Source: Chitinophaga pinensis
GTDB taxonomy: Bacteria; Bacteroidota; Bacteroidia; NS11-12g; UBA955
Direction of reading: 5' to 3'
Length of the DNA stretch: 64,000 bases
Assembly: GCA_945877575.1 (NCBI GenBank)
Contig: CAMDUE010000002.1
Span: 197,861-261,860, forward strand
A program made the position numbers and the translations under genes. Positions 10,875 to 20,703 of this stretch are shown here, one piece after another. The notes beneath the pieces were generated by a model. The model made no database searches and had not been told where the DNA came from. It saw only the letters and a program-made list of their open reading frames with translations. How positions within the stretch are numbered: position 1 is the first letter of the stretch; the number at the start of each line of letters is the position of its first letter.

Positions 10875-11824
10875 TCAGTCAAGTTATTTTAGTTGTATTA
10901 TCAATTTTATTGTTTGAGATTTACTTTAAAATAGCAAATCATTATAACATAATTGACAAACCCAACCAACGAAGCAGTCATACCGTTCTGACCATTCGTG
11001 GTGCAGGATTGGTTTTTCCCTTCATCATTTTTGCTACTTTGTTTTTTAATATTTTTACGAAAAATGACGGCTTAAATCTAATAAAGGAACCCATTCAGTT
11101 TTGGATTGCTTTGCTGGTTTTATCGGCAATTAGTTTTTATGATGATGTAAAATCACTCTCCCCAAAATTTAGAATTTTGATTCAAATTATTACCATTGCT
11201 TCGGTAGTGTTTTCATCAAATACTGTTATTTGGCAATCGCTATTGGCGCTAATATTGATCATTGGAGTGATTAATGCATACAATTTCATGGACGGCATCA
11301 ATGGCATTACCGCCCTTTATTCTTTGGTGGCTGTAATAACGGCCTTGGTAATGTTAGAGCTTGATTATCAATTAGTAATTGGATCAGAAATTTGGTGGGC
11401 TTTGGGAGCGGCACTAGTTGTCTTCTCCTTTTACAATGTTCGAAAACGCGCGAGATGTTTCTCGGGTGATGTTGGGGCGGTGAGTGTGGCTTTTGTTTTG
11501 TCTTACTGGATTTATGGGTTGGTCATAGCAAATGACAATTTAATTTATGTTTTATTCCTAGGTGTCTATGGTTTGGATTCGGTTGCGACTATAGCATTGC
11601 GTTTATATAGAAAGGAAAACATTTTAGAAGCTCATAGAAGTCATTTGTATCAATTACTGGCCAACGAAAAAGGGTGGTCGCATGTTAAAGTTTCGTCCAT
11701 TTATGCATTGACTCAAGCTGTTATAAATGGTTTGATTTTATACAATTCATTTCTAGCAGTAGTATTTTTTGTCCTTTTATCTGTTGGTTATATCTTATTA
11801 AGATTCAAATGGGCTGAGCAATGA
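10871..11824 (+). CDS. Undecaprenyl-phosphate N-acetylhexosamine-1-P transferase (WecA/WbpL-like, MraY family)
   Basis: DKPNQRSSH, YDD, NAYNFMDGINGI, FSGDVG, AHRSHLYQ. Confidence 0.92.
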   Translation: MISQVILVVLSILLFEIYFKIANHYNIIDKPNQRSSHTVLTIRGAGLVFPFIIFATLFFNIFTKNDGLNLIKEPIQFWIALLVLSAISFYDDVKSLSPKFRILIQIITIASVVFSSNTVIWQSLLALILIIGVINAYNFMDGINGITALYSLVAVITALVMLELDYQLVIGSEIWWALGAALVVFSFYNVRKRARCFSGDVGAVSVAFVLSYWIYGLVIANDNLIYVLFLGVYGLDSVATIALRLYRKENILEAHRSHLYQLLANEKGWSHVKVSSIYALTQAVINGLILYNSFLAVVFFVLLSVGYILLRFKWAEQ

Positions 11825-12690
11825 TAGCATTAACTGGATATAGCGGTTTTCTCGGTCAACACCTTAAAGATTTGGGTAATGGTGCCATTAAGATTGGTCG
11901 TTCTGCAGATGCGGATTGGAAATTCGATCTTGCCTCAGATCTCAATCAAATCCCAAGAAAAAAAGTGACAGACCCGGAAATAGAGTTATTCATTCATGCT
12001 GCGGGGTTGGCACATACGGTTCCTAAAACGGATGAAGAGAAGCAGCGGTTTTTTGAAGTCAATACGAGGGGAACAGAGCGATTGATGGAGGCGCTGAAGG
12101 AGGCGGAGTGGAAGCCAAAGAAGTTTTTATTTATCTCAACCATTGCTGTATATGGGGAGCCATTTGATGAGGATCGTTGTGTGCCGCCTTATCCTTCGGA
12201 AAAAGAGGCGCAAGAGCTTGAATTGTCCCCATATGGCAGGAGCAAATGGGAGGCCGAGCGAATTGTGCAGCGATATTGTGAAAAATGGAATTGCGTGTGC
12301 ATCGTTTGGCGGTTGCCGTTGATTGTGGGTGAGAATGCGCCAGGAAATTTGGGTGCCATGGAAAAGGCCATCCGGAAGGGGTATTATTTCAGAATTGGCA
12401 ACAGTTATGAACGTTTCCGATACTACGTGAATATTGAAGAGCTCGGTCGAAAGGTTCTGGATTTGCTTCAGGAACCATCGGCGGGCCTTGCTGGTTCAAA
12501 GACTTTGAATGTGTTTTCAGGAAGGAAATCCTACGGTGAATTCGAAGATGAAATTGCCGCCACGTACGGACGGAAAATCAAGTCCCTTCCGTTGTGGTTG
12601 GTGCGAATGATTGCGAAAGTTGGAGATTGGATTCCTGGGTTTCCGTTGAATAGTTACAGATTGGACAAATTAGTTAATTCTTCATCTTAA
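11821..12690 (+). CDS. NAD-dependent epimerase/reductase (WbpV-like)
   Basis: TGYSGFLG, HAAGLAH, STIAVYG, YGRSK (YxxxK). Confidence 0.88.
   Translation: MIALTGYSGFLGQHLKDLGNGAIKIGRSADADWKFDLASDLNQIPRKKVTDPEIELFIHAAGLAHTVPKTDEEKQRFFEVNTRGTERLMEALKEAEWKPKKFLFISTIAVYGEPFDEDRCVPPYPSEKEAQELELSPYGRSKWEAERIVQRYCEKWNCVCIVWRLPLIVGENAPGNLGAMEKAIRKGYYFRIGNSYERFRYYVNIEELGRKVLDLLQEPSAGLAGSKTLNVFSGRKSYGEFEDEIAATYGRKIKSLPLWLVRMIAKVGDWIPGFPLNSYRLDKLVNSSS
12644..12682 (+). repeat. Left copy of a 39-bp imperfect direct repeat (current 3' end of the epimerase gene)
   Basis: cgttgaatagttacagattggacaaattagttaattctt; 32/39 identical to 14920-14958, first 16 bp identical. Confidence 0.85.
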
Positions 12691-14557
12691 AACTAGATTG
12701 AACCCTTTGGTTGACTTCTTCTTTGGTCTGTTTTAAAACAAAAAGAGAACCCCATACTTCTACTGAGCTGAGTTTGGCAATTAATTTAGGGTCGCATTCA
12801 GTATACATTTGTTGCAGACTCTCTTGGTTCATACCACATGCTTTTTGCCAAAATCCATTTTTGAAAAAGTTTAAATCCACTTTTAGTTCCGCATTGGCGT
12901 GTCCTTGAACGCCAAATCCAAATTTCTTCTTCTTAACTAATTCTTGGGGTAGTAATTGTTCTCCAAAATTACGAACTACTGCCTTATCCATTTTGAATGG
13001 ATGTTTCCAATTGTAAAATGAAGAAGTTTTTCCAATTTTAAATTTAGAAGGTAAATTCAAACCGAACTTCATGACCTCTTCATCTAAAAAGGGGAATCTT
13101 GATTCGATGGAATGCATCATTCCCATCCGGTCGTTGCGCCATAACAGAGAGTGAAGATGTCTGTGAATCATATTGACTGAAAGTTTAGAACAGCGCAATT
13201 CTTCGTCGTTATTTTTCAAAAAATGGTACGCCTTCATTACTTCATTGTCATTGCTTCTTTCTTTATATCCGTTTAAGTGACTTTGCAGTATTTCTTTTTG
13301 CATATCTACGGAATTTATTTTTAGGTAACTTTTCAATCCTGGCACTTTCTTATAAATACCGTTGATTATATCGTACGGCAATTGAATCAGGTTGTCCCAC
13401 CTTTGCGTGAGTAGTTTTGGATATCCTAAAAACAACTCATCTGATCCTTCACCCGTTAAAACTGCCTTCACGTTTTTTTGTCGAGCTAAATCAGCAACCC
13501 CTGAAAACGCCACCGAATTTGTAAAAAGAACGATGGGCGCTTCATAATGCCAAGTACAATCTACTATGTCTTTAATGAAATAATCTGGTAGATACTTGTA
13601 TTCATTAAGGTTCGTTTTCAATGATTTGGACAAGTAACGTGCATCTTTAATTTCGGAGAATTTACCTTCCACGTTCGCAGTAAAAAGTTGTAAATCCCCA
13701 TAATTTTTTGAAGTGGCAGCTACCACCGAAGAGTCAATACCTCCGCTAACAAAAGTTCCCATGGGGGCATCTGAGACAGACATGGAGGATACTGAATTGT
13801 TAAATAAGGCACTGAATTCTTCTGTGATTGCTTGTGAAGTTTTATTGTTTCGAAGATTAAAATCTTTTTCATCAACCCAATCTTCGAGTCCAAACCATTT
13901 AATGATATTATAGTCTAGATTTTGGGTATTTAATTTTAACAAATAACCTGGTTCCAGTTGATGAATTTGTTTGAAAGGCGAAATGTGGCGTTGGGTTTCG
14001 TATATCCCGTAATATGCTTGTGCCAAATAATGCATATTTACGTCATCCAAATTCAAATCTTTACATAGGGATTTGATTTCTGAGGAAAAATAGAAATCGC
14101 CTTGAATCATCCCATAAAATAAAGGCTTAATTCCAACTCTGTCCCGCACTAAAATCAAAGTATGTTCGCTCTTGTCAAACCATGAAAAAGCAAACATTCC
14201 TTTTAAATTTGCTAGTGTTTTCTCAACACCCCATTTTTTCAATCCGAAAAATAAAACTTCCGTATCTGAAGAAGTTTTAAAGTTTACCCCTTCGTTTTTC
14301 AGTTTTTCTTTCAGGTTTTTCCAGTTGTAAATTTCACCATTGAAAACCAAGACAAAACGATCATCGTAAAATGGTTGGTTTGAATTTTCTGTTAAGTCGA
14401 GGAGAGACAGTCGGTTGTGCCCAAATCCTATATTTTCATGTATAAATGTTCCTTTTGAATCGGGTCCTCTATGATTAGTTATTGATAACTTAACGTTCAG
14501 TTCATCAATGGATACCGTTTTATTTTTAGATTTAATAATCCCTAAAATTCCGCACAT
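12674..14557 (-). CDS. asnB: Asparagine synthase (glutamine-hydrolysing)-like amidotransferase, probably polysaccharide amidation
   Basis: MCGI Ntn cysteine, HRGPD, FNGEIYN, SGGIDSS, TGEGSDE, ESRFPFLD. Confidence 0.92.
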   Translation of the reverse strand: MCGILGIIKSKNKTVSIDELNVKLSITNHRGPDSKGTFIHENIGFGHNRLSLLDLTENSNQPFYDDRFVLVFNGEIYNWKNLKEKLKNEGVNFKTSSDTEVLFFGLKKWGVEKTLANLKGMFAFSWFDKSEHTLILVRDRVGIKPLFYGMIQGDFYFSSEIKSLCKDLNLDDVNMHYLAQAYYGIYETQRHISPFKQIHQLEPGYLLKLNTQNLDYNIIKWFGLEDWVDEKDFNLRNNKTSQAITEEFSALFNNSVSSMSVSDAPMGTFVSGGIDSSVVAATSKNYGDLQLFTANVEGKFSEIKDARYLSKSLKTNLNEYKYLPDYFIKDIVDCTWHYEAPIVLFTNSVAFSGVADLARQKNVKAVLTGEGSDELFLGYPKLLTQRWDNLIQLPYDIINGIYKKVPGLKSYLKINSVDMQKEILQSHLNGYKERSNDNEVMKAYHFLKNNDEELRCSKLSVNMIHRHLHSLLWRNDRMGMMHSIESRFPFLDEEVMKFGLNLPSKFKIGKTSSFYNWKHPFKMDKAVVRNFGEQLLPQELVKKKKFGFGVQGHANAELKVDLNFFKNGFWQKACGMNQESLQQMYTECDPKLIAKLSSVEVWGSLFVLKQTKEEVNQRVQSSFKMKN

Positions 14558-14919
14558 AAATTATAACAAGATGCAAGATAATGTCACATTTTTGATATCC
14601 ATAAATATTAATTGAATGGCGTAATTTCTTTGTGAGTGAATCAATTAAGTATGTCAAGTAAGTATTATCATGAATAACTGCCAAACAGGTTAAATAAAAA
14701 ATTTATCAAGAAAAACGATTGACAATATGAGGTCGCTTCTGGACATAATATAAAACAGTCAATTGTTTCCATAATTATTTTGAATAAAATGTTTGTGACA
14801 TTGGCTTGCTGGTTATTTTCAATTCCCTCAATTTGCCAAAAAGCAGGATTTACAATTTGGTCCAAGTAATTTAGTTGATTCAAAATAAAAAATTGTATCA
14901 TGTTTTGATACTAGTTGAA

Positions 14920-14958
14920 CGTTGAATAGTTACAGGTTGGGTAAGTTGATCAATTCTT
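14920..14958 (+). repeat. Right copy of the 39-bp direct repeat (displaced epimerase 3' end)
   Basis: Reads LNSYRLGKLINS* (TGA 14958-14960) versus LNSYRLDKLVNSSS* in the intact gene. Confidence 0.85.
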
Positions 14959-16218
14959 GAGGCAACTTATAGGTATTACCCAAATCCCATCGTTGCGCTG
15001 GTAGGCGAATTCGCCGCCGGTGATGATCATTAGAAAAGAGGGTTCCCCCATTTTTTCAGTGTTAATCTTGTCTCGAATCTTTAAAAGATTCTTGGCTGCC
15101 TCTTCTATTTGTTTTTGTCCGAGTTTTACTTCGGCTGCAGCCCATTTGCCATTTCTAAGGCGTATGATTAGGTCGGCTTCTAAGCCAGATTTATCTCTGT
15201 AATGGAGAACATCCCCATCGTTGGCTTGGGCATAGATTCGGATGTCTCTTGTGCAAAGCGATTCAAACAGGAATCCAAACAATTCAAAGTCGTTTAAAAT
15301 ACCGTTGGGATCCGTTCTGAGCGCAGCTACGGCAATTGACGGGTCAACAAAATGGCGTTTATCCGATGTTCGAATGGCTGTTTTTGATCTCAAAGAGGGT
15401 TGCCATGCGGGTAGATCTTCGGTAACAAAAATTCTATTTAGGGCCTCAAGGTAGAGGCTGATTGTTTTCTCCGAGTATTGGCTGTCTTTGGTTTCAAGGT
15501 CTTCCTTAATTGTTTGGTAATTGGTGATTGTGGAGGTATTTCGGGCTAGTGAACGCAACAACAATCGGACCCGCTCAGGATTTTTCGTGATTCCGTCAGC
15601 GGCTGAGATGTCTTGATTTATAATTGACTCTACATAATCAATGGGTGTCTTCAGGGCACTTTTTTTGTTCATGTTAAGACTTCCTGGCCATCCACCCCTG
15701 CAGATGCAAGTTGCAATTTGTTCAATGCTCAAATTAGACAATCCTTCAGGTTCAGAAACGGTATGATTAAAAAGGTCTCTCAACGATATTTGTCCAGTAG
15801 ATTCTTTCGATTCGTACAAACTCATGGGTCTCATTCGGATTCTTGCGAATCTTCCTGTCCCAGTATGGGCGGTTTGATTGTCTGAGGGAGTGGTTGAGCC
15901 GGTGAGCAAGAACTGACCGGGTAAATTTCTTTTATCGATTTCATGCCTTACGGCATCCCACAGAACGGGTGCCATTTGCCATTCATCAATCAATCTTGGG
16001 GTGTCACCTTTGAGTAGGAGTGAAGGTTTTGTATCTGCGAGTGCCAAATATCCGGGCGCATTATCTGGGTCTTGAAGGTAAATAACGCTCTTTGCGGCTT
16101 GTTTTGCGCTGCTTGTTTTTCCACACCACTTAGGCCCTTCAATCAATACAGCACCTGCCCTATTGAGTGCTTCGTGAATTTCTAAATCAGATATACGTTC
16201 TAAATAATTGTTATTCAT
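14950..16218 (-). CDS. AAA_14 ATPase with DUF4143 and C-terminal PD-(D/E)XK-like domain
   Basis: GPKWCGKT Walker A, LIDEWQ Walker B, LTGS, HTGTGR, DPSIA, G.LFE, YRDKSGLEADLI..EVK. Confidence 0.9.
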   Translation of the reverse strand: MNNNYLERISDLEIHEALNRAGAVLIEGPKWCGKTSSAKQAAKSVIYLQDPDNAPGYLALADTKPSLLLKGDTPRLIDEWQMAPVLWDAVRHEIDKRNLPGQFLLTGSTTPSDNQTAHTGTGRFARIRMRPMSLYESKESTGQISLRDLFNHTVSEPEGLSNLSIEQIATCICRGGWPGSLNMNKKSALKTPIDYVESIINQDISAADGITKNPERVRLLLRSLARNTSTITNYQTIKEDLETKDSQYSEKTISLYLEALNRIFVTEDLPAWQPSLRSKTAIRTSDKRHFVDPSIAVAALRTDPNGILNDFELFGFLFESLCTRDIRIYAQANDGDVLHYRDKSGLEADLIIRLRNGKWAAAEVKLGQKQIEEAAKNLLKIRDKINTEKMGEPSFLMIITGGEFAYQRNDGIWVIPISCLKN

Positions 16219-16259
16219 AAATATAAGTCCGTTTTATTGTTCAAATATACTAAAAATTA

Positions 16260-16317
16260 CCGAGTTTGGCGCCGTTTTACTTCCGAGTTTGGCACTGTTT
16301 TACTTCCGAGTTTGGCG
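16260..16317. repeat. 2.5 x 23-bp tandem direct repeat upstream of the AAA ATPase
   Basis: ccgagtttggcgccgttttactt / ccgagtttggcactgttttactt / ccgagtttggcg. Confidence 0.9.
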
Positions 16318-16328
16318 TTTTTTTAAAA

Positions 16329-16384
16329 TACCCCCTACCAACTACCAGGTACCATCTACCAGGTACTAGGTACCAGGTACCAGG
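16329..16384 (+). repeat. Heptamer tandem array, 8 x TACCNNN
   Basis: TACCCCC TACCAAC TACCAGG TACCATC TACCAGG TACTAGG TACCAGG TACCAGG. Confidence 0.9.
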
Positions 16385-16480
16385 TATTATATTTTGCCTA
16401 CTCGAACAAAAACTTTGTGAAGGGAATCGGTTGGTATTGAATTTGGAACGAAATTTGTAGTGATAGTTCGACAATAATTC

Positions 16481-18397
16481 ATGGAGCGACAACTACAGCA
16501 TTTGTTTTTGAAAATTTTAGGGAAAAAGTACCTTCCGGTGTGGGTGATATTGGGCATCGATCTGGTACTTGTGGGTGTGGCCTACGTGTTTTCGCTGTTG
16601 TTGTTGAGCAATTTCAATCTTGATAAAATTTATAATGTAGAGCATCTTCGGGCGTGGGCCTTTTTGGAGCTCTCGTTTGCGGTGTCGTTTGTGGTGTTTA
16701 GGTCGTATGAAGGGGCTTTCCGACATACGGGTGTGAGGGATTTGATGCGTCTGGCGGTGGCCAGCGTGACCGCGTTATCGGCGACCTTCTTTTTGAGTCG
16801 GTCGGCGCATCAGTTTTTGCCGGTCGATTTATCGAAACTGTCTATTGCGTTTTTGATTTTGCACGGATTCGCATTTTTGATGGGGGTTTTGGGATTGAGG
16901 TTGTTCGTTAAGTTGAGTTACAGCCGCTTCGTGTTGAAGTCGGATGCTAAGAAAGATAAGGGTTTGATCATTTATGGTGCTGGTGTTACGGGCATCAGCG
17001 TGCGGAACGCCATCAAGCAAGATCCCAATGCAACTGCAGATGTGGTGGGTTTTGTGGATGATAATCCGAGCGTGGTGGGCAAGCGAATCGATGGCATCAA
17101 GGTGTATTCGGCTGATGAAGTTTTCGAAAAAGACTTCCTCGAGAAAAATAAGGTGACGGGAGTGGTTTGGTCGGTGCAATCGGTATCGAACAACAGTTTT
17201 CATAGGGTCGGTGAGTTGTGTTTGCAGTTCAATTTGAATTTCCAGCGGGTGCCGAACGTCAATGAATGGATTGGCGGGGATTTGAGTGCGAAACAGTTGC
17301 GCACGGTAAAAATCGAAGATTTGCTGAACAGGCACCCCATATCCCTCGATAATAAAAACATCAAGAGTTTCATCAGAGGAAAACGGGTGTTGGTGACGGG
17401 TGCGGCAGGATCTATTGGATCAGAGATTTGCCGACAGGTAATTCATTATGGGCCGGAGTGTTTGGTGATGTTAGACAACGCCGAAACGCCCATGAACGAC
17501 TTGATTTTGGAGTTGGTGAAGAACTATGGAGAATCGAAAATTCTACATCCAATTTTGGGGGATGTGACCCGCGAAAACCGAATTGAGGAAGTATTTGCCA
17601 AGCACCAACCGGAGATTGTGTTCCACGCGGCGGCCTACAAACATGTCCCGTTGATGGAAAACAATGCCAAGGAGGCGGTGAGGGTGAATGTGCGCGGAAC
17701 TCAGGTTCTGGCGGAAGCGAGCGTGCGTCATGGAGTGAAGAAGTTTGTAATGATTTCGACGGATAAAGCGGTGAATCCCACGAATGTGATGGGAGCGACG
17801 AAGCGCACGGCGGAAATCTTGGTTCAGGATATGAATCGAAAGGCAGAGACGGAGTTCATCACCACGCGTTTTGGTAATGTGTTGGGATCGAATGGGTCTG
17901 TAATTCCGTTGTTCCGCAAGCAGATTGAGGCGAGGCAGGATGTTACGGTGACCCACCGAGATATTGTTCGTTATTTCATGACCATTCCGGAGGCAGTTCA
18001 ATTGGTTTTGGAAGCGGGCACCATGGGTAATGGAGGTGAGATATTTGTCTTTGATATGGGTGAACCCGTTCGCATTTACGACCTCGCTGAGAAGATGATT
18101 AAGTTGAGCGGTTTCGAGCCCGGCAAAGATATCCGCATTATAGAAACGGGTTTACGTCCTGGAGAAAAACTCTACGAAGAGCTGTTAAGCTCCGCGGAGA
18201 GCACAGTCCCCACGCATCACCCTAAGATATTGATTGCCAAAGTCAGAGAATACGAATCGGGCGCATTAACCGGCAAATTTGAATCCTTGACGTACGCTTC
18301 TTTAAACGGCGCCACTGACTGGGAGTTGGTTAAGTTGCTGAAAGAATTGGTTCCCGAGTATATCAGTCAGAATTCGGAGTTTGAAAGGTTAGATTGA
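16481..18397 (+). CDS. Membrane-bound UDP-GlcNAc 4,6-dehydratase (CapD/WbpM/PglF family)
   Basis: N-terminal TMs, IYGAG, TGAAGSIGSE, HAAAYKHVP, STDKAVNPTNVMGATK, RFGNVLGS, GLRPGEKLYEEL. Confidence 0.95.
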   Translation: MERQLQHLFLKILGKKYLPVWVILGIDLVLVGVAYVFSLLLLSNFNLDKIYNVEHLRAWAFLELSFAVSFVVFRSYEGAFRHTGVRDLMRLAVASVTALSATFFLSRSAHQFLPVDLSKLSIAFLILHGFAFLMGVLGLRLFVKLSYSRFVLKSDAKKDKGLIIYGAGVTGISVRNAIKQDPNATADVVGFVDDNPSVVGKRIDGIKVYSADEVFEKDFLEKNKVTGVVWSVQSVSNNSFHRVGELCLQFNLNFQRVPNVNEWIGGDLSAKQLRTVKIEDLLNRHPISLDNKNIKSFIRGKRVLVTGAAGSIGSEICRQVIHYGPECLVMLDNAETPMNDLILELVKNYGESKILHPILGDVTRENRIEEVFAKHQPEIVFHAAAYKHVPLMENNAKEAVRVNVRGTQVLAEASVRHGVKKFVMISTDKAVNPTNVMGATKRTAEILVQDMNRKAETEFITTRFGNVLGSNGSVIPLFRKQIEARQDVTVTHRDIVRYFMTIPEAVQLVLEAGTMGNGGEIFVFDMGEPVRIYDLAEKMIKLSGFEPGKDIRIIETGLRPGEKLYEELLSSAESTVPTHHPKILIAKVREYESGALTGKFESLTYASLNGATDWELVKLLKELVPEYISQNSEFERLD

Positions 18398-18421
18398 ACG
18401 ATTATTTAGAGTCACTTACAA

Positions 18422-19810
18422 ATGCATATTATTTATTATTATATCAGATCAAACAAGTACTATATAATTTATTTTTTAATCAGAGTCATATCAATTTTTT
18501 TTCTTTTTAATTTAGCTCCTGATATTTCTCGACAGCTGAATGTTACAATGGTTCTTAAGAATCACGGAGCATATGGTTTAAAAATGTTAAACATTATTAC
18601 AAAAACATATGAAATTTCGCCATATTATTCTCACCCCCCATTTTTATCTTTAATAATTTATTTAATCGATTTTTTATTTAATAATATTATCTATTCTACG
18701 GTTTTTTTGGGAATAATATTGGCTGCAATAGAAACACAAATGGTCGGAAAAATTTTAAAGAAATTCGTATATGTTGATAATCAATTTATAATAGTGTTTT
18801 TATTATGCTCACTTTATATAGGTCATATTGACAGGGGTACTATATCTGATTATTTTTCAATTGTTCTTGGATTGTTTCTTTTCTGGCAAATATTGAAATT
18901 GATTGACAAAGAAACCATAAATTTTTTAAATACAGTTATTGTAATACTATTAGTACCTTGTTCGAAATATAGTCTATTTCCGGTTGTAATTTCATTTACT
19001 TTAATATATTTTTTTATAAAAATCCGACGCAAACAGTTATTCCAATTTGAAAGTTTTATTGTAGGATTATCATCTTTATTTTCACTGTTGATACTTATAT
19101 ACTTAAAAGCCAAAGGTGTCAATAATGTATTAAATGAAGATAACCAATTATTTCTGGATTTATACAACATCTCTAAAGTGGATTATTTTTGGTTTCATTT
19201 TGGTTTGGAAATTGATAGATTTTATAAACATTTAATGTGGTTTTCAGAAAAAAAATTAGATGTTAAAATATGGTACTGGTATTTTGGTCAAATTTTTGGT
19301 GTAATCACTGTTGCAATCGTTGTTTCGAAATCTAAAAAATTTATTTCTGAGAATAAGGTTCTTTTGTATAGTCTGATAGTTTTTTCTATTTTCCAATATA
19401 TCTTTTTATTTCTCCTTCAAATTACAACACCTCCCCAAGAAGGTGTTCATTATGGGGTTGATAATTTATGTTGGGTGTTTTCTGAAGAAGCTCGCTATTA
19501 TAACTATTTATCACTGCTTTGGTTTATTGTACTTGTTATAGGTTTACTTGGTTTTAAAAATAATTTTTATCTAGGAATATTAGTTCTATTAATAACTTTT
19601 GGTTATGCTAAAACAACGTATGCAAGATCAAATGGATTTAGTGAAATTAAATTTATACGATTGAGTAAACAATTTAATTATGCAAATAATATTTTAAATC
19701 CTACAAAGAAAGGTTGTTCAGCTTCTGAAGTTAATTGGCCCGATAAAATAGATAAGGAAATTCTATTAATATTTGGTGTAAAAAAAGTTAACATTAAAGT
19801 TAATCATTAG
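18422..19810 (+). CDS. Polytopic membrane protein, probable GT-C fold glycosyltransferase (ArnT/PMT-like)
   Basis: Roughly 10-11 hydrophobic segments; HPP motif after the first loop; KY motif; late EEARYY loop; adjacent polyprenol-P GT2. Confidence 0.5.
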   Translation: MHIIYYYIRSNKYYIIYFLIRVISIFFLFNLAPDISRQLNVTMVLKNHGAYGLKMLNIITKTYEISPYYSHPPFLSLIIYLIDFLFNNIIYSTVFLGIILAAIETQMVGKILKKFVYVDNQFIIVFLLCSLYIGHIDRGTISDYFSIVLGLFLFWQILKLIDKETINFLNTVIVILLVPCSKYSLFPVVISFTLIYFFIKIRRKQLFQFESFIVGLSSLFSLLILIYLKAKGVNNVLNEDNQLFLDLYNISKVDYFWFHFGLEIDRFYKHLMWFSEKKLDVKIWYWYFGQIFGVITVAIVVSKSKKFISENKVLLYSLIVFSIFQYIFLFLLQITTPPQEGVHYGVDNLCWVFSEEARYYNYLSLLWFIVLVIGLLGFKNNFYLGILVLLITFGYAKTTYARSNGFSEIKFIRLSKQFNYANNILNPTKKGCSASEVNWPDKIDKEILLIFGVKKVNIKVNH

Positions 19811-19872
19811 TGATTTAGCGGTTTAACATCCAAACCTTTAAAAACAAATACTTTTATTAAAGATCATACATT

Positions 19873-20703
19873 ATGTCAAAAGATTTCCTGTTTAGCATTG
19901 ATCTTGAAGATCCAAGAGAAAATATTTGGAATAAGGACAGATACGAGGATCGTGTCAATCTAAATGTAATGAAATTATTGGATTGGTTAGAGAATAATAA
20001 TTCGAAGACTACTTTTTTCGTTGTTGGTAAAATAGCAGAGAGATATCCTGATTTAGTAAAACAAATATTTATAAAAGGACATGAAATAGCTTGCCATTCA
20101 TATTCTCATATTCCAATAAACCATTTAGGTAAAAAAGAATTCGAAAATGATCTTGTGCGCAATATTGAAGCAATAATAAATTGTGGTGTACCGAGTCCCA
20201 TAGGGTTTCGGGCTCCCACATTTTCCTTGATTGAAAGTTCATTCTGGGCATATAATATTCTCCGAAATAATGGTATTAAATATTCTAGTTCTGTACTACC
20301 AGCTAAAAATCCACTTTTTGGAATACCAAATTTCGGGCAACAACCTAAATATATTGATGGAATATTGGAAATTCCTGTCACTATTAGTAATTTCCTCTTC
20401 TATAAACTTCCAATTGCTGGTGGTATTTATTTACGGATTTTGCCCAAGCATATTATTTTGGCTAAAGCGCGTAATTTTCTTAGTACAAATTACCCATTAG
20501 TAAGTTATATACATCCTTACGATATAGACGTTAATCAAAATTATTTTATGCATGAACATATCAATAATCACATTTTAAATTATTTAATGTACTTTAACCG
20601 AAAAAATACTTTATTGAGGTTGGACTCATTTATTGATTTGGATTATAATATAATAACATATGAGAGATTCTTCAGAGATCATTTATCAAAGAATATCAGC
20701 TGA
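19873..20703 (+). CDS. Polysaccharide deacetylase (NodB/CE4, DUF3473-type)
   Basis: SIDLED, TFFVVG, HEIACHSYSH, GFRAPTFS, YSSS, GGIYLR, YIHPYD. Confidence 0.9.
   Translation: MSKDFLFSIDLEDPRENIWNKDRYEDRVNLNVMKLLDWLENNNSKTTFFVVGKIAERYPDLVKQIFIKGHEIACHSYSHIPINHLGKKEFENDLVRNIEAIINCGVPSPIGFRAPTFSLIESSFWAYNILRNNGIKYSSSVLPAKNPLFGIPNFGQQPKYIDGILEIPVTISNFLFYKLPIAGGIYLRILPKHIILAKARNFLSTNYPLVSYIHPYDIDVNQNYFMHEHINNHILNYLMYFNRKNTLLRLDSFIDLDYNIITYERFFRDHLSKNIS

Noticed and set aside
14668..14901. 77-aa ORF upstream of asnB
   Set aside because: No recognisable motif; AT-rich spacer, probably non-coding or a decayed remnant
12644..14958. Repeat pair as a DGR template/variable region
   Set aside because: Only 39 bp, differences are not adenine-specific, and there is no reverse transcriptase
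16260..16317. 23-bp periodic repeat as a mini CRISPR array
   Set aside because: Units are directly tandem with only a 4-nt variable part; no spacers and no cas genes in the window
16266..16492. Short ORFs on both strands across the repeats
   Set aside because: Open only because the repeat units lack stops in that frame; no coding features
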